From NCBI RefSeq assembly GCF_001194135.2, contig NC_068982.1, positions 36,198,318 to 36,262,317 of the forward strand: DNA of 64,000 nt. Direction: 5' to 3'. The notes beneath the pieces are model-generated. The model was not told the DNA's origin. It saw only the letters and a program-made list of their open reading frames with translations, and ran no database searches. Origin of the DNA: Octopus bimaculoides (Eukaryota). This document shows, piece by piece, positions 39,760-52,491 of the stretch. How positions within the stretch are numbered: the first letter of the stretch is position 1; each line of letters opens with the position of its first letter. The position numbers and the translations under genes were made by a program.

Positions 39760-42509
39760 TTGAATAAAGTTAAAACATGGTCTGGTTTTCACGTTTTTTA
39801 TTATTGTATTTAAAAAAATCTTTTTACAATGTTGAAGTGTGTTAAACATTAAAGAAAATATTTTATAATGTTCATAAAGCTCAATTAGCATTTTCATATA
39901 CTCATAGCAATCATCTGATTTCAAAATGTATATAACTGACAGTTGAGTTCTTGGCAACTGTAGTAAAATGACTGACTTCTTCCTTTTTATACCTCTTAGA
40001 AAGCTCCAACAAGCTGAATTTTTCGAATACGGTCTTGATCAAAACTGTATTGTGTGTGTGTGTGTGTGTGTACATGTGTGAGTGTGTTTGTGTGTACCCT
40101 TGTCTTGATATCATGCAATTGTTGTAAATGAGTGTTATCATCATACCAGTGATGTAATTCGTTTCTAGTCTTCCATAAAAGCATATTAGGTCATGGGGAA
40201 ATATTACCTTGTTTGGAAACAGATGAGGCTTGGTAACAGAAATATTATCTGGTTGTAGATAATCAGCCTCAACAAATTCTGCTTGAATCGTGCAAGCATG
40301 AAAAAGTGGCCATTAAAAATGATGATGATGATATATATATTATATATTTAAGTCACAGTATATGAATTCAAGTAATCCAGTAGTACTCATAAAAAAAGCT
40401 CCTTAATGTATCATTCTACAAAACATAAAATATATAGTACAATGCAAGAGAAAATGATAAGGAAAATTCATCAAACTATTTCTCTGTCATTTGTGACTTT
40501 ATATATATATGAATATTTATATATATATGTACATACACACACACATGCAAAACTTTGTGACTGAGTTATCGTTAACTTTTTTTAAAATGTGCTACCTCTT
40601 CATTACGATATTCTATCTTTGCAACATTTCTCTTTTTTTTTCCACCAGGAAATTCCCTTTTGGCCTATCCTCTGAATACTCCTTTAACATGTGAACCCTT
40701 ATTTGCCTTGTCAGTATATAAACACTCCATATCAACAATCTATTCTTGAGTACACAACAGTTTATTGACATTATTGTATTGACTTCTAATGCCTATTTGC
40801 TTTGTCCAATAGTTGTCATGTTTCTCTGCTTGTATGCGTATATGTGTGTGCATATAAAAGCCCTTGCCGTTGACAAAGTGAAAGTGCCCTCTTAAATCTA
40901 CCCCTTCAGCTTTTAGATAATAGTACACCTTCATATCTTTCCATTATACATTGAGCATTTCAGTAAATACACAAATGGTCACCAGATAAAATACATTTCA
41001 AAATATAACCTTATTATTTAAAATAAGTTCAAAATTCACTGTTTAGAAAGTTACATAAGTAGTACTTCTGTAATTTTTCCATGTTGATATGGGCTTAACA
41101 AGACTGCTTCTCTCCATGAGTTAATCAATATCTTTATTCCAGGCATGGCTATGTGATAAGAAGTTTGCTTCCCAACCACATGGTTCCAGATTCAGTCCCA
41201 CAGCATGGCACCTAGAGCAAGAGTTGTAAATGATTGCCACTGTCATACAAGGAGTGTCATTCATCTCCAATATTCTACAAGAATGTCTGGCCATGAGGAA
41301 ATGTTGTCTTGCTCAGAATCAGGTGAGAGTTGGTGACTGGAAGGGCACAGAAAAGTGGACATCAAAATGATGGTGATGATGACGATGATGATGAAGATGA
41401 TTCCTGGTCTTTTAATGGTCTGACTGCCCCAGTTCAAAATTTTTTTAGCTTGCATCTGTTTCACAAACTATAAATTTACAACTACATTTACTCATTTAGT
41501 CATTAACATTCACTGTTGTTAAATAGACTTATCAGTTTCGAAGGTAACGTATGAAGCGTCTAAATTGATTTTTTAGCTTTACATTTGTAAACACACCATC
41601 AAAAATATATACCTATTTAATTGCTTTCAAGTTCTATGGCTGTGTGACTAAGAAGCTTGCTTTGCAATCCCATGGTTTTGGGTTCAGTCTTACTGCATGA
41701 CACCTTGGGCAAGTGTCTTTTAGTATAGCCCTGAGCTGACCAATGCCTTATGAATGAATTTGGTAGACAGAAACTGTGTGGAAGCCTGTTGTGAGCTCTT
41801 TCCCTATATTACATTAATTCACCACATTCCCATGAACCAAACTTCATTGTATCATGCACTACGCTTGTCCCACCCTAATCCTGCAGCCCAACACTGCTTT
41901 ATAATATTTCTCTTGTCCCCCCCTACCAACTGTGTCATTGCTATCCTTCCACTCCTCTATATACCTGTGTTCACCACTTACTGCACTGCCCTTCCCTTCT
42001 TCTCTGTCTTTTACTCTCCCTTTAGATTCTTATGAACTCCTTACCCACTCAGCCTGTCCAATCCTCTGAATCACTCAACTGACATTCACCTCCTTGTACT
42101 TTGAAGGTATGCCCTGGTACATCTTCACCACCATTTGCTCTCTCTCACTCTTTCTCTCAATTGACTGAGGTAGCCATGTACCTCCTCTACAGCAAGGTAC
42201 TTCTATCACTGTTTAACCTCACATTGCACAGCACAGAACTACCTCCTTCAATACCATTCCCCCTCTTAGTAGAGTGGTCTTTGTCATGTGAGTTATTTGT
42301 TCACCTTACAAGTGCTGGTGTCACCTAAAAAAGCACCAAGAACACTCTCTAAAGTGGTTGGTATTAGGAAGGGTATCCAGATGTTGGAACCAGGCCAAAA
42401 ACAGACAGTAGAGCTTGGTGCAATCCTCTTGCTCACCAGCTCCTATTAAACCTGTCCAACCCAAACCAGCATGGAAAATGGACATTAAATGATGATGATG
42501 GTGATGATA

Positions 42510-42551
<42 letters not shown>

Positions 42552-42870
42552 TGTCTTTGTGTTTGAGCTAATTTCAACATCCCCCTAACAGCTTCAAAAC
42601 TGGAGTTGGTTTGTTTAGCTAGTGGCTTGGCAAAAGACACTGATAGAATAAGCACAAGATTTAAAAACAAAACTCTTCAAGACAGTGTCTCAACATGGCT
42701 GCATTCCAATGACTGAAACAAGTTGGAAAAAAAGAGAAGATAATAATTTTGTACTTTCACTGTTCTGCAGTGTAACCTACCAATATATTTAAGAAAATCC
42801 ACCTTTTGCATATATATATGAATATTAACAAAACAGTGCTATACATGTGTGTGTGTGTGTGTGTGTGTGG

Positions 42871-43634
42871 TATGCAAGAGAGACGACTTCACTGGGATGG
42901 TCATGTGATGCGTACGGATGAGGACAGCTGTGTAAAGACGTGTCACACCCTAACAGTGGAGGGAACTGTGAAAGAGGTAGACTCAGGAAGACAATGGAAG
43001 AGGTAGACCCAGAAAGACATGGTGAAGCATGACCTTCGAACGTTGGACTTCACAGAGGCAATGACAAACTACCAAGATCTTTGGAGATATGTTACTTGAG
43101 AAGACCTGGCAAGCCAAGCGAGATTGTAGTCGTGGCTGATGTCAGTGTTGCATAACTGGTCTGTTTAAAAGCACCCTTCAATCGTTGGCTGATATGCCAT
43201 GCTTGTGAAGACCTGTTGAACCGAGTGAAATCATAGTCGTGGCTGATGCCATGTAAAAACCACCAGTCGAGAGTGGCCAATGCCAGTGCTGCCTGACCGG
43301 CACTTCTGCCGCCTGTCTGGTATCCATGCCGGTGGCACATAAAAAGCACCATTCGAGTGTAGCCAATGCCAGTGCTGCCTGGCTGGCACGTAAAAAGCAC
43401 CATTTGAACGTAGCTGATGCCAGTGTTGCCTGACTGGCTGCCATGCTGGTGGCATGTAAAAAGCACCCACTACACTCTCGGAGTGGTTAGCATTAGGAAA
43501 GGCATCCAGCTGTAGAAACCTTGCCAAATCAGATTGGAGCCTGATACAGCCTCCTGGCCTGCCAGTGCTTAGTCAAACCTTCCAATTGATACCAGCATGG
43601 AAAGCAGACGTTAAATGACGATGATGATGATGAT
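42871..43634 (+). mobile_element. RTE LINE 3' end: ORF2 C-terminus, repeat-containing 3' UTR and (GAT)n tail
   Basis: QERRLHWDGHVMRTDEDSCVKTCHTLTVEG (RRLRWFGHV-type motif), then KHDLRTLDFTEAMT, about five ~60-bp AAAAGCACC units, and the tail. Confidence 0.85.
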
Positions 43635-46167
43635 ATACATAGGCAAATTGAAAATGAAAACATAAATAAAAACAAAAGCAACGAAAGTCACAAGGATGTA
43701 CACATTGAATGTATTAGGTTGACACTCAGTTTTAGATGGTAAAAAGAGAGGGTGTGTGTGACGTTTTGATTGTGGCTCTTCATCAGGAGGAAAGAGGAAT
43801 GGTCTGGAGAGAAGGAAAGGAATAGTCCAAGAAAAACACACTCTCTTTAGTTAATCCCAAAATTGAGGTACTGAACAGATAATGCATTTACATACTCATG
43901 TATTCTATTGCTTATTTCAATTTAATATGAAAACCAAAAAAAAAAAAAAAAAGATAGAAGATTGATGTGAATGATATTTCTCTGACTAGGAACAACTAAC
44001 CAAGATAATAAAAAATGGAGATAGTGTTGAATTGTTGGCAGTTTTTATATAAATTATTAAATGACTAAAGTTTTTCAAATGTTACTGAGGTTTATCAAAT
44101 GATAATGGTGTGGTAGAAATTGGCAAAACTTCTTTCTCAATCTTTTCTGTTGAATCAAATCCGGAAGTTTGAAATTTAGAATTTGTATAAAAGTTAATAA
44201 AAAAAAAACTCTCAGAAAAATTGGAGGAGTAATAAAGTATGNNNNNNNNNNNNNNNNNNNNNNNNNNNNNNNNNNNNNNNNNNNNNNNNNNNNNNNNNNN
44301 NNNNNNNNNNNNNNNNNNNNNNNNNNNNNNNNNNNNNNNNNNNNNNNNNNNNNNNNNNNNNNNNNNNNNNNNNNNNNNNNNNNNNNNNNNNNNNNNNNNN
44401 NNNNNAACTTGTGGAACAAATGAAAGAAAGAAACAAATTTGTAAAAACTTTTTGCAAGAAATTCTGTATACTTAACTTCATTGATCAGGAAACTAAAATA
44501 ACACTGATGACACATAATAAATTTAAAAAAAAACCCATTAGGTTACTTTCAATAAATCTTTCCTCAAACATTCCAACTGGCTCAATGCCAACCAGATTGC
44601 AGCTAGTTATTTTTGTCACGAGTTACTGCATTTTGAGACAAATATCCAGTTTTGAAACTGACTGTAAGTTCCAAACTTCGATTAAGTTTTTATTTTAGAA
44701 AAAAAAAAAAAAATCAAATTTAAAAAAAATCAAAAATTCCACTCCTAAGTGAAAAATTTCTCACACAGAAACTTGATCTTAAGTTTAAAGTTTTTATGAA
44801 TCTCATATCTAATTTTCTCAATCATTTCTAAGTAAAAATAAATAAAAATGAAACCATTATTATTGATCTATATTGTACATGCATGCTTGCACACACACAC
44901 ACACACACACACAACATAATTATCTCTTCCCATTTGTCCCAAGATACAGTTATATAAACTGTCCATCAACATTTGTAAACATGTTCTATGATTGTAAGTT
45001 ATTTTTTCTTATTTATTTTTAATACCCACTCATGGGTTGGACGGCTTTGTTATTCAAATACTACAGTATGTGGATCACATTGTAACTAATCAACTAATCA
45101 TAAGTTGGAATGATTGCTGAGGTTAGACAAGAAGAAAAAGTTATTCCTTGGAGCTGGATGCAACATGAATAAGAATCAAGTTGCCATGTGTGTATACACA
45201 CTATATTATTTTTACAGTTAAACAGTATCAAGTGATGTTTATCATAACACTGACACTTGAGAAGGACAATTAATATAATCTCATGTATAAGTGCATGCAC
45301 ACATACACACACATTCAAATAATGAATATATCTACCATGCATTTTTTTTTTTAATATAAAACAGTAGACAATCATTTTGCATAATGTGGTATTTGGGGTT
45401 GAAAACCCCTTATCAAACAGAAATAGATACTTCGAGCAGAGCTGAAAGTATTCAGAAGCATTCTTGTAGAAATGCAAAACCTGCAATAACAAAGCTCACA
45501 AGGCAACTAGCTATTTTGCTAATATATTCTTTGCTTCAGAAACATTTATTGAAAGGCAACTGGCTTTCCCCAAATATATAGCTTCTACTATAGTTAAACG
45601 ATAATTTGTATAGATAATGTATATTGGAGTGGATTTGGTCTTTAATTCCATCTAATTGGGTGAAAGCAATGAATTTTTTTTTTCTTCGGTCTTATCAGAC
45701 CCCTTCAGGGAACAATATTTGATTCAGTTGGTACGATTAATGATCAATATATTTAGAATAGATATAATACTGATACTGATTATGAATATCAACAATATGA
45801 CTTGAGGAGCATTCACCAGATTAAATACAAATGTGGTAGAATCTCATAATATACTTGAAAACATTGATCAATTGAGATTTTTGAAGTAATTAGAAAAGAA
45901 ATACTCCTTCAGTGGGATTTTAAACTCTAAAAGCAAGGGAGCTAATTTCAATAAGATCAGCTGATTGAAATGTTTGGACAAAATAGACAAGGCATATTGT
46001 AGCATTAAAGTTATCTCCATTTCTTTTTGTTTCTGATTTTAAAGACTTTTTAAGGGAGTTTTTGTCAACTAATTACTTAAATAATCTCATATTTGCCTGA
46101 GGCATGAAAAATACTCTCCAATCATAATCGACATTACTACATTCATTACTCTCTAAATACATACATA

Positions 46168-46510
46168 TCATCATCATCATCGTTTAACGTCCGCTTTCCA
46201 TGCTAGCATGGGTTGGACGATTTGACTGAGGACTGGTGAAACCGGAGGGCAACACCAAACTCCAATCTAAATTTGGCAGAGTTTCTACAGCTGGATGCCC
46301 TTCCTAACGCCAACCACTCATAGAGTGTAGTAGGTGCTTTTACGTGTCACCCGCACGAAAGCCAGTCAGGCGATACTGGCAACGGCCACGCTCGAAATGG
46401 TGTCTTTTATGTGCCACCCGCACAAGCCAGTCCAGGGGCACTGGCAATGATCTTGCTCGAAAATCCTACGAAGGCCAGATCGTTGCCAGTGCCCCTGGAC
46501 TGGCTTGTGC
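46168..46510 (-). mobile_element. Young 5'-truncated RTE copy ending in a 34-bp inverted duplication
   Basis: The tail is at the left. 46420-46453 matches the reverse complement of 46477-46510 at 33/34. Confidence 0.8.
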
Positions 46511-46711
46511 ATATGAATATATATATATAGGCACAAGCATAGCTGATTAGTAAGGGGTTTGCTCCCCAATCACATGGTTTCAGGTTCTGCTCCATTGTGT
46601 GACACCATGAGCAAGTGTTTCTACTATAACACTAGCCTGACCAAAGCTCTGTGAATGGATTTGCTAAACGGAGACTGAAAGAAGCCCGTTGTATGTATGT
46701 ATGCATGTATG

Positions 46712-46746
<35 letters not shown>

Positions 46747-46754
46747 ATATATAT

Positions 46755-47095
46755 TTATTTATATTAAGGGCATTACTATACATAAATGCCTCACGCTAGG
46801 AGGGACTCAAAGTCAAAACTACCATAATAAACACATTGTACCGAATGCGAGGGAATGCAACTCTCGAAGCGAGCCTTTTAAAAACAGATTCAGCTGCAGA
46901 TCATATGATTTCATAATTAGTGCACAAAAATGCACTTTTAAATCTTCACTGAAGATTAAAAAGTGCATTTAAAAGGCTCACTTCGAGAGTTGCATTCCCT
47001 CGCATTCGGTACAATGTGTTTATTATGGTAGTTTTGACTTTGAGTCCCTCCTAGCATGAGGCAAATATGTATAGTAATGCCCTTAATATAAATAA
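46755..47095. mobile_element. Foldback/MITE-like element with 128-bp inverted arms
   Basis: The arms differ at 4 positions. The core is TTAA|GGGCATTACTATAC...GTATAGTAATGCCC|TTAA, with a second hairpin in the spacer. Confidence 0.8.
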
Positions 47096-47171
47096 TTAAT
47101 AAATTTTTCCCTTATGAGGTTTTTCACGCTAACTACTTGATAAATTCTTATAAAGATTTTATCCTATTTTT

Positions 47172-47208
<37 letters not shown>

Positions 47209-48330
47209 ATCATCGTCATTATCCTCATCACCATCATCATCCTTTGATATCTGTTTTTCCATGATGACGTGGGAAGGACAGTTTGACCAGCTGGCATGCT
47301 GCACTAGGTTCCAGTCTGCTTTGGCATGGTTTCTACAGCTGGATGCCTTTCCTAATGCCAACCACTTTACAGTGTGCGCTGGGTGATTTTAATGTGCCAC
47401 CAACATGAGTGCCTGTATGTGGTACTGGCATGAGTGCTTATAATGTGACATAATTTTACTGGCATACTTATATGTGTATGTGTGTGCATATCTATATATG
47501 TATGTGTGCGCATATGCTATTATCTTCTTGCTTTGACTTTGTGATAGTTGTAAATGAGTGTCACTGTCAAGTAAGCACTGTCCTTTGCTTTCAATCTTCT
47601 GTGAAAACTTTATCTGGTTATGGGTTAATATTAGCTTACTTGATAACAGGTGATGATTGGCATAAAGTAAGGGCATCCAGCCACAGAAATTCTAGCTCAA
47701 GAAAATTTCATCCAACACAAGCGATCATAGAAAAGCGGACATTAAAATGATGGTGATGATGATATTTAAAAGAAAAGAAAAATGCAGAAGATGAATGAAG
47801 AATAAAAGTATGCGTGTGTGTGGTTAAGTAATACTGCTTAAGGAAAGTGAAACTATTTTTCCTTGAAAATATTTTAGATAACTAGGAACCAGTGCAAATC
47901 AACTTATGTTGAAGAATGTAGAATCAGTGAAAATATGAGAAAATCTTAATACTTATAAGATATTAAGATTTGAATTTGTAGAGGATTAGCAATTTGAGAT
48001 TGAAGCACAAGATACAGACAATAAAAAGGATACAAGTTTGACTATGTTAACAGTATAGAATTACAAGACATCCCACATGATGATTTTGAGCATCTTTAGA
48101 AAGTTTTTTATTATGAGGGTATAAAACAGTTGTAGGTATATTAAGTCTGAAAAAAGGTAGGCGATGATTAGGGGTTTACTCAAATGGCAGATGTAGAATT
48201 AAATAACAACAGTGGAAATGAATTCTTATGGTAAAGTGATTTTTTTCTTTTTTTATTATCACAAAAGTCCAAGAAGATTCTTAACCATGTGAAAACTCTT
48301 AATGTTCATTGTTTCTAATGGATTGATTTG

Positions 48331-48364
<34 letters not shown>

Positions 48365-48590
48365 TTAAAGGATTCGTTAGAATCTAGGCATGTCAACATG
48401 GAAGAGACCTGAAATGGCTTGGTACAATAACATAGGCTTCACAGTGAGGTAAAACAATCATGAAGGTATCATGTGTTAGTAGCGTTCTGTAGATATGTAA
48501 GCACCAAATCCAATTTAAACTGTGGATCTAACTCAGGACTGGTTCTTGGTGAAGCACAGGCATAAAAGAAAACACAAATGGTGTTCAAAG

Positions 48591-48671
48591 TTTATGACAG
48601 CTGTTTCGGTAGAATTTTATTGATGTATTCATAGATTACATTACACATGTAATCCACCATCTTCATATAAA
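48591..48671 (-). ncRNA. Type I minimal hammerhead motif with a C3-to-A core change
   Basis: UUUAU-AUGAAGA-U-GGUGGA...UCUACC-GAAA-CAGCU-GUC-AUAAA, in the sense of the RO60 pre-mRNA. Confidence 0.55.
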
Positions 48672-48751
48672 ATTTTAAACAGGTATAAACAGGTGAGATG
48701 ATACCTTGATGGTGACAAATCCAACTAACATATTGGATACCTGTTTAAAAT

Positions 48752-48833
48752 TTTACCTGAAGATGGTGGATTATATGCTATAAAGTAATCAATGAATACA
48801 TTAATAAAATTCTATTGAAACAGCTGTTGTAAA
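48752..48833 (+). ncRNA. Type I minimal hammerhead ribozyme motif (core intact, stem II weakened)
   Basis: UUUAC-CUGAAGA-U-GGUGGA...UCUAUU-GAAA-CAGCU-GUU-GUAAA. Stem I is UUUAC/GUAAA and stem III is the palindrome ACAGCUGU. Confidence 0.6.
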
Positions 48834-51800
48834 TTTAAATTCCGTTTGTGTTCTTTTATATATATGTAAATAAAGAGAATAAGGCCTAGTTTAGACGAAA
48901 TATCATCATGTAAACAATATTCTAATACTTTAGATTTTCTAAATTTTACTACACACCTATAGGGCCATACATTTTACTACACAACTATAGAGTCCCTACG
49001 GTGTCTCTTAACCTGCTAGAAATAGTAAGCACATTCTTTCAAATCAGACCATAGTGTCTTAAAAAGAACGGACTCATTAGGTAATGTCATAAAACAATTC
49101 GGGTTGTCATATCTAAAACGACTTTCTTCAGAGGTTTACATAATGAGGATTGACGAAATATACCAGGCCCGGGTATAAGTGAAATCACCACCCCACACAA
49201 TTTATTAATGAGAAGACAAAACAGAGAGCATCTATATACTTCTTTCTTCACCATAGCGACGAACCAAGTTTAAAAAGTTTGAAACCATGTCTTATCAAAC
49301 ATGGTAATTTGTCCGACCTCTTGTTCATTCCTCAGACCCCACCCCTACCCTTATGAGAAAACCCTGGTCAAAATAAACAACATAAAACAATCAATGCTTA
49401 ACTTTTTAACGATACACTTGATAATTTTTCGGCAATACAGTATCGATTAGTCTTTATTATAATTCCCTAATGGGTTTCCATCAAATTCGTGTATCTACAG
49501 TATATATAAATATCGAAGGTAAAAAGACTATTTGGAACAAATTGCCTTGTTTTTTTTTTTTTGTTTTAAACCATATAATCATTCCCATACTTCGCAAATA
49601 AATTTTTATTTAAAACCACTTAGGAGGAAATTTGCAGAAAAATGCAAATTTACTGCTTACATAGAATGAAAATAAATAAATACTTTCAAAACAAGCTCCA
49701 TTTCATTATTATTCCTTGAAAAGTGTAACAGTGTTAAAATTTAAGAAGAAGGCTTAAGAATATATAGATAGTTGGAAATTTTCTTTTTTTCTTAAATGCA
49801 GGGTTAGGCTAGAAGCTCCTGATCCCTATTCTTCCCTGGGCATACAAACATATCCAAACTCGTATAAACTTCACTATTATAAGATTTGCCGATGCAGACC
49901 ACCATCAGTTTTCCTCAAACTCTCTCTCTCTCTTTAAGTATAATATAGTCTTGAATATGTAGTAGAATAGAAAGAGATAAAATTCCATCAGCTATTGAAA
50001 ACAGAGTGGATGTACGTATATGTGTATGTATATGTGTGTGCTAATGACTTTTGGTTTATGTATGCATTAATAAATTCTGATATCCATCCTAAATATAAAC
50101 ATTCACTACTGCCCTTCAAATGTTGACCCACTGTTAGTCTGCATCAATGGCTTTGACAGGGTAAATTGACAGCTATGCTACCTCACCTTTTCCACTTAAA
50201 GTACTCTCATACTCCACGTTATATCTCTCACATTACAAGCACTAAGCACACCCAGTTATCAAGTTCCACAGGGTAGAAGGGCCTAAAAAAGTCAAGGGCA
50301 ACATCATCTCTCCAGACTGCAAAAGGACACATTTTTATTTTATCTTTTAAGCCATTTGCAAGCTTAGTCCGCATAACTTTAAGTGGTCGAAATTCACTTT
50401 TTTGTTCGGGTAGGATGCTATACTATTGCAAGTTTGTTTTCTTGTTTTGATAGCATTTTAAACAGGAGTCAGGGAATTATTAAACAGTTGTATCAAACAT
50501 CTAAACAGTTCTACTATATTAAAAACGGTCCTCTTGACACATTTAATTGACCCTAGAGGTGTGAAAACTAAATCTATATAGTCGAGAATTAAAACAGCAG
50601 TCTGTCTGAGCAAGACCACACTAGTGTTTTCTCGTTGACTTGTGTTTCGAAGTCGAAGTAAACGGCGTGTAGAATGTTCATGGGATGAGAAAGTCTCACA
50701 TGCATTAAAAATACAAATGTACTTGTATTATAGTATCAAAAGAGGAATCGAAATCGAGTGACAGGCTCAATTAGCAGAAAAATTATCAACTGCCAAAGGT
50801 GTTCGCCATATTAGTGTGTTTAATATTTAAAGAGGAAACTACTTAAACGGTTACATCCATTTACAGATGCCAGCAGAAAGTTTACAACGTTGAAATCGTT
50901 AACTCACCGGTGTGGTTACGCTAGATACGTGCACTATAGGCAGCTTAATTAAAAAGTCGACATAGGCTGTTATAAAAGCAAACTTGTAAGCTATTATTCT
51001 AGTACGCAACCAATGGATTACGAATAGATTACTATGATTATACGATAGTAGCCAGTTTCTTGGCTTTTGTTTTAGATATTAGTCCAAATCCGATGTAAAT
51101 GAAAATAAACATACATATCGTGTATTTTATCGAAGAATAATCTTAAGTAACACGTGCATTTGTATGGCTAAAACGTGTATATTCATAAATTGGTCAAGAA
51201 ACTAAATATACGTTTGTCCGAATAAAAGCATACTTTTGGGAAATGTAATCTTAAATCCATTCATTTTTTTTTTATCTCTCAGAAAATATTTATTCAGATT
51301 CTTAAGTCTTAAGTACTTTCTTTACTACCAAAATAATTCACCTTACAACATTCGAGACTAATTTACCTGTATCGTAATAAGTAAGCTGCTAATAGTTTAT
51401 TTCATATTGATCAATGTTAATATATATTGAAAATACCAGTGAGAATCAGATAGTTTTCTTTGTTTTAATTATGTTCATACTACGCTTTTGTTAGTATTTT
51501 TATTTATTTATTTTTGTTTGCAACTTACATTATTGGTACTTAAACATCGTTGTTTGTCAAAAGCTTTGTTCAAATGATGCCATTCACATAACAGCATTTC
51601 AGGTTGTTTCAAACAAATCAGAATCTGTCGATTACAATAGATGTAGAAATACTATAAACTTTGTGAAATTAACTGGTACAGTGCATCGCGATCGCTTTCG
51701 CTTCTACACACACGCATTATGTATATATATAATCGAGATAACAGGTGAAATATTACATACAAAGAATTGACAATCAATTCATTTGACAATTCTGAAAGGT

Positions 51801-51983
51801 TGAATCTAATGCGTGGGAATCTGTGTTGACATTAGGAACTGGACAAGCTATTTCTCTATAAAGGTAATTATAGTGATAGAAAAATTGACATTATTTGTTT
51901 TATCTATTTACTTCTTTTTCTTAGGTAAACAGAATAAGTTAACTGTTGCATTTACAATAATAATAATAATGTTTCTAACTTAC

Positions 51984-52491
51984 CATCATTAGAAGCTTTT
52001 GTATGAGTTAAACGCAAAACATCCTTATGCGTCCAACCGGCTTTGGATTTATAACGTGTTGCATTCTCAGCTAGCTGCTTGGGATCCTTGGAATTGTACC
52101 AGGAACTGATGGTCTTTCTCTGAAGTTTACCCCATCCTTTAGAAGGGTTGTTTAAAGTCTGAGAAAAGGCTATAAATGTGAATAAGTCAGTCGGTAAAGT
52201 ACAAACCTCAGCCAAAGCCTTGTAGGCATCTCGTTTTGCTATTTTATCAGAACTCCGTGTACAGAGAGCCAGACAAAAAAGCAATGGGGTTTTACGAATC
52301 GATTTACCTTCTTTGGTATATGCAAGTACCTCTTTGACAACTTCTTTACCTTTCCCATCTTCAATCAGTTTTGAAATAGTTGGAGCGCTTTCTCTTTTGA
52401 GGATTTGTTCTCCAAATTCATATAAAGGCCCTTCAGTTCCAATAGACAAGAAACGATTTAGTTTCCACAGGTCATCCGCTTCTATACTCAT
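51984..52491 (-). CDS. RO60: Ro60 (60 kDa SS-A/Ro, TROVE domain), first coding exon
   Basis: Translation MSIEADDLWKLNRFLSIGTEG...GWGKLQRKTISSWY...RYKSKAGWTHKDVLRLTHTKASND(G) matches the Ro60 N-terminal half as I recall it (human [50 protein letters not shown]). ATG at 52491, with an in-frame TAA 9 codons upstream. Donor GAT G|GTAAGT at 51984/51983 (phase 1). Confidence 0.95.

Larger units (their letters stand above)
48562..48859. mobile_element. Inverted pair of Penelope-type repeats, each with a hammerhead-like motif
   Basis: About 125-bp arms (48562-48686 and 48737-48859), roughly 80% identical by eye, with a 50-nt spacer. The Penelope assignment is inferred from the minimal hammerhead architecture. 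Confidence 0.65.

Noticed and set aside
43759-43790. Minus-strand CTGATGA-AGAGCC...AAAACGTC hammerhead-like remnant, plus a lone GAAACAGCTGTA near 35270-35283
   Set aside because: GAAA is mutated and stem I is missing in the first, and the second lacks CUGANGA. These are at best decayed fragments.
45094-45492. 132-aa ORF on the minus strand
   Set aside because: It crosses an A-run and a (TG)n tract, has no recognisable motif, and its phase does not fit RO60.
49270-49320. ACCATGT-CTTATCAA-ACATGGT hairpin with the sbRNA UUAUC motif next to GTCCGA
   Set aside because: Too short, the motifs are in the wrong order, and there is no bulged-C lower stem.
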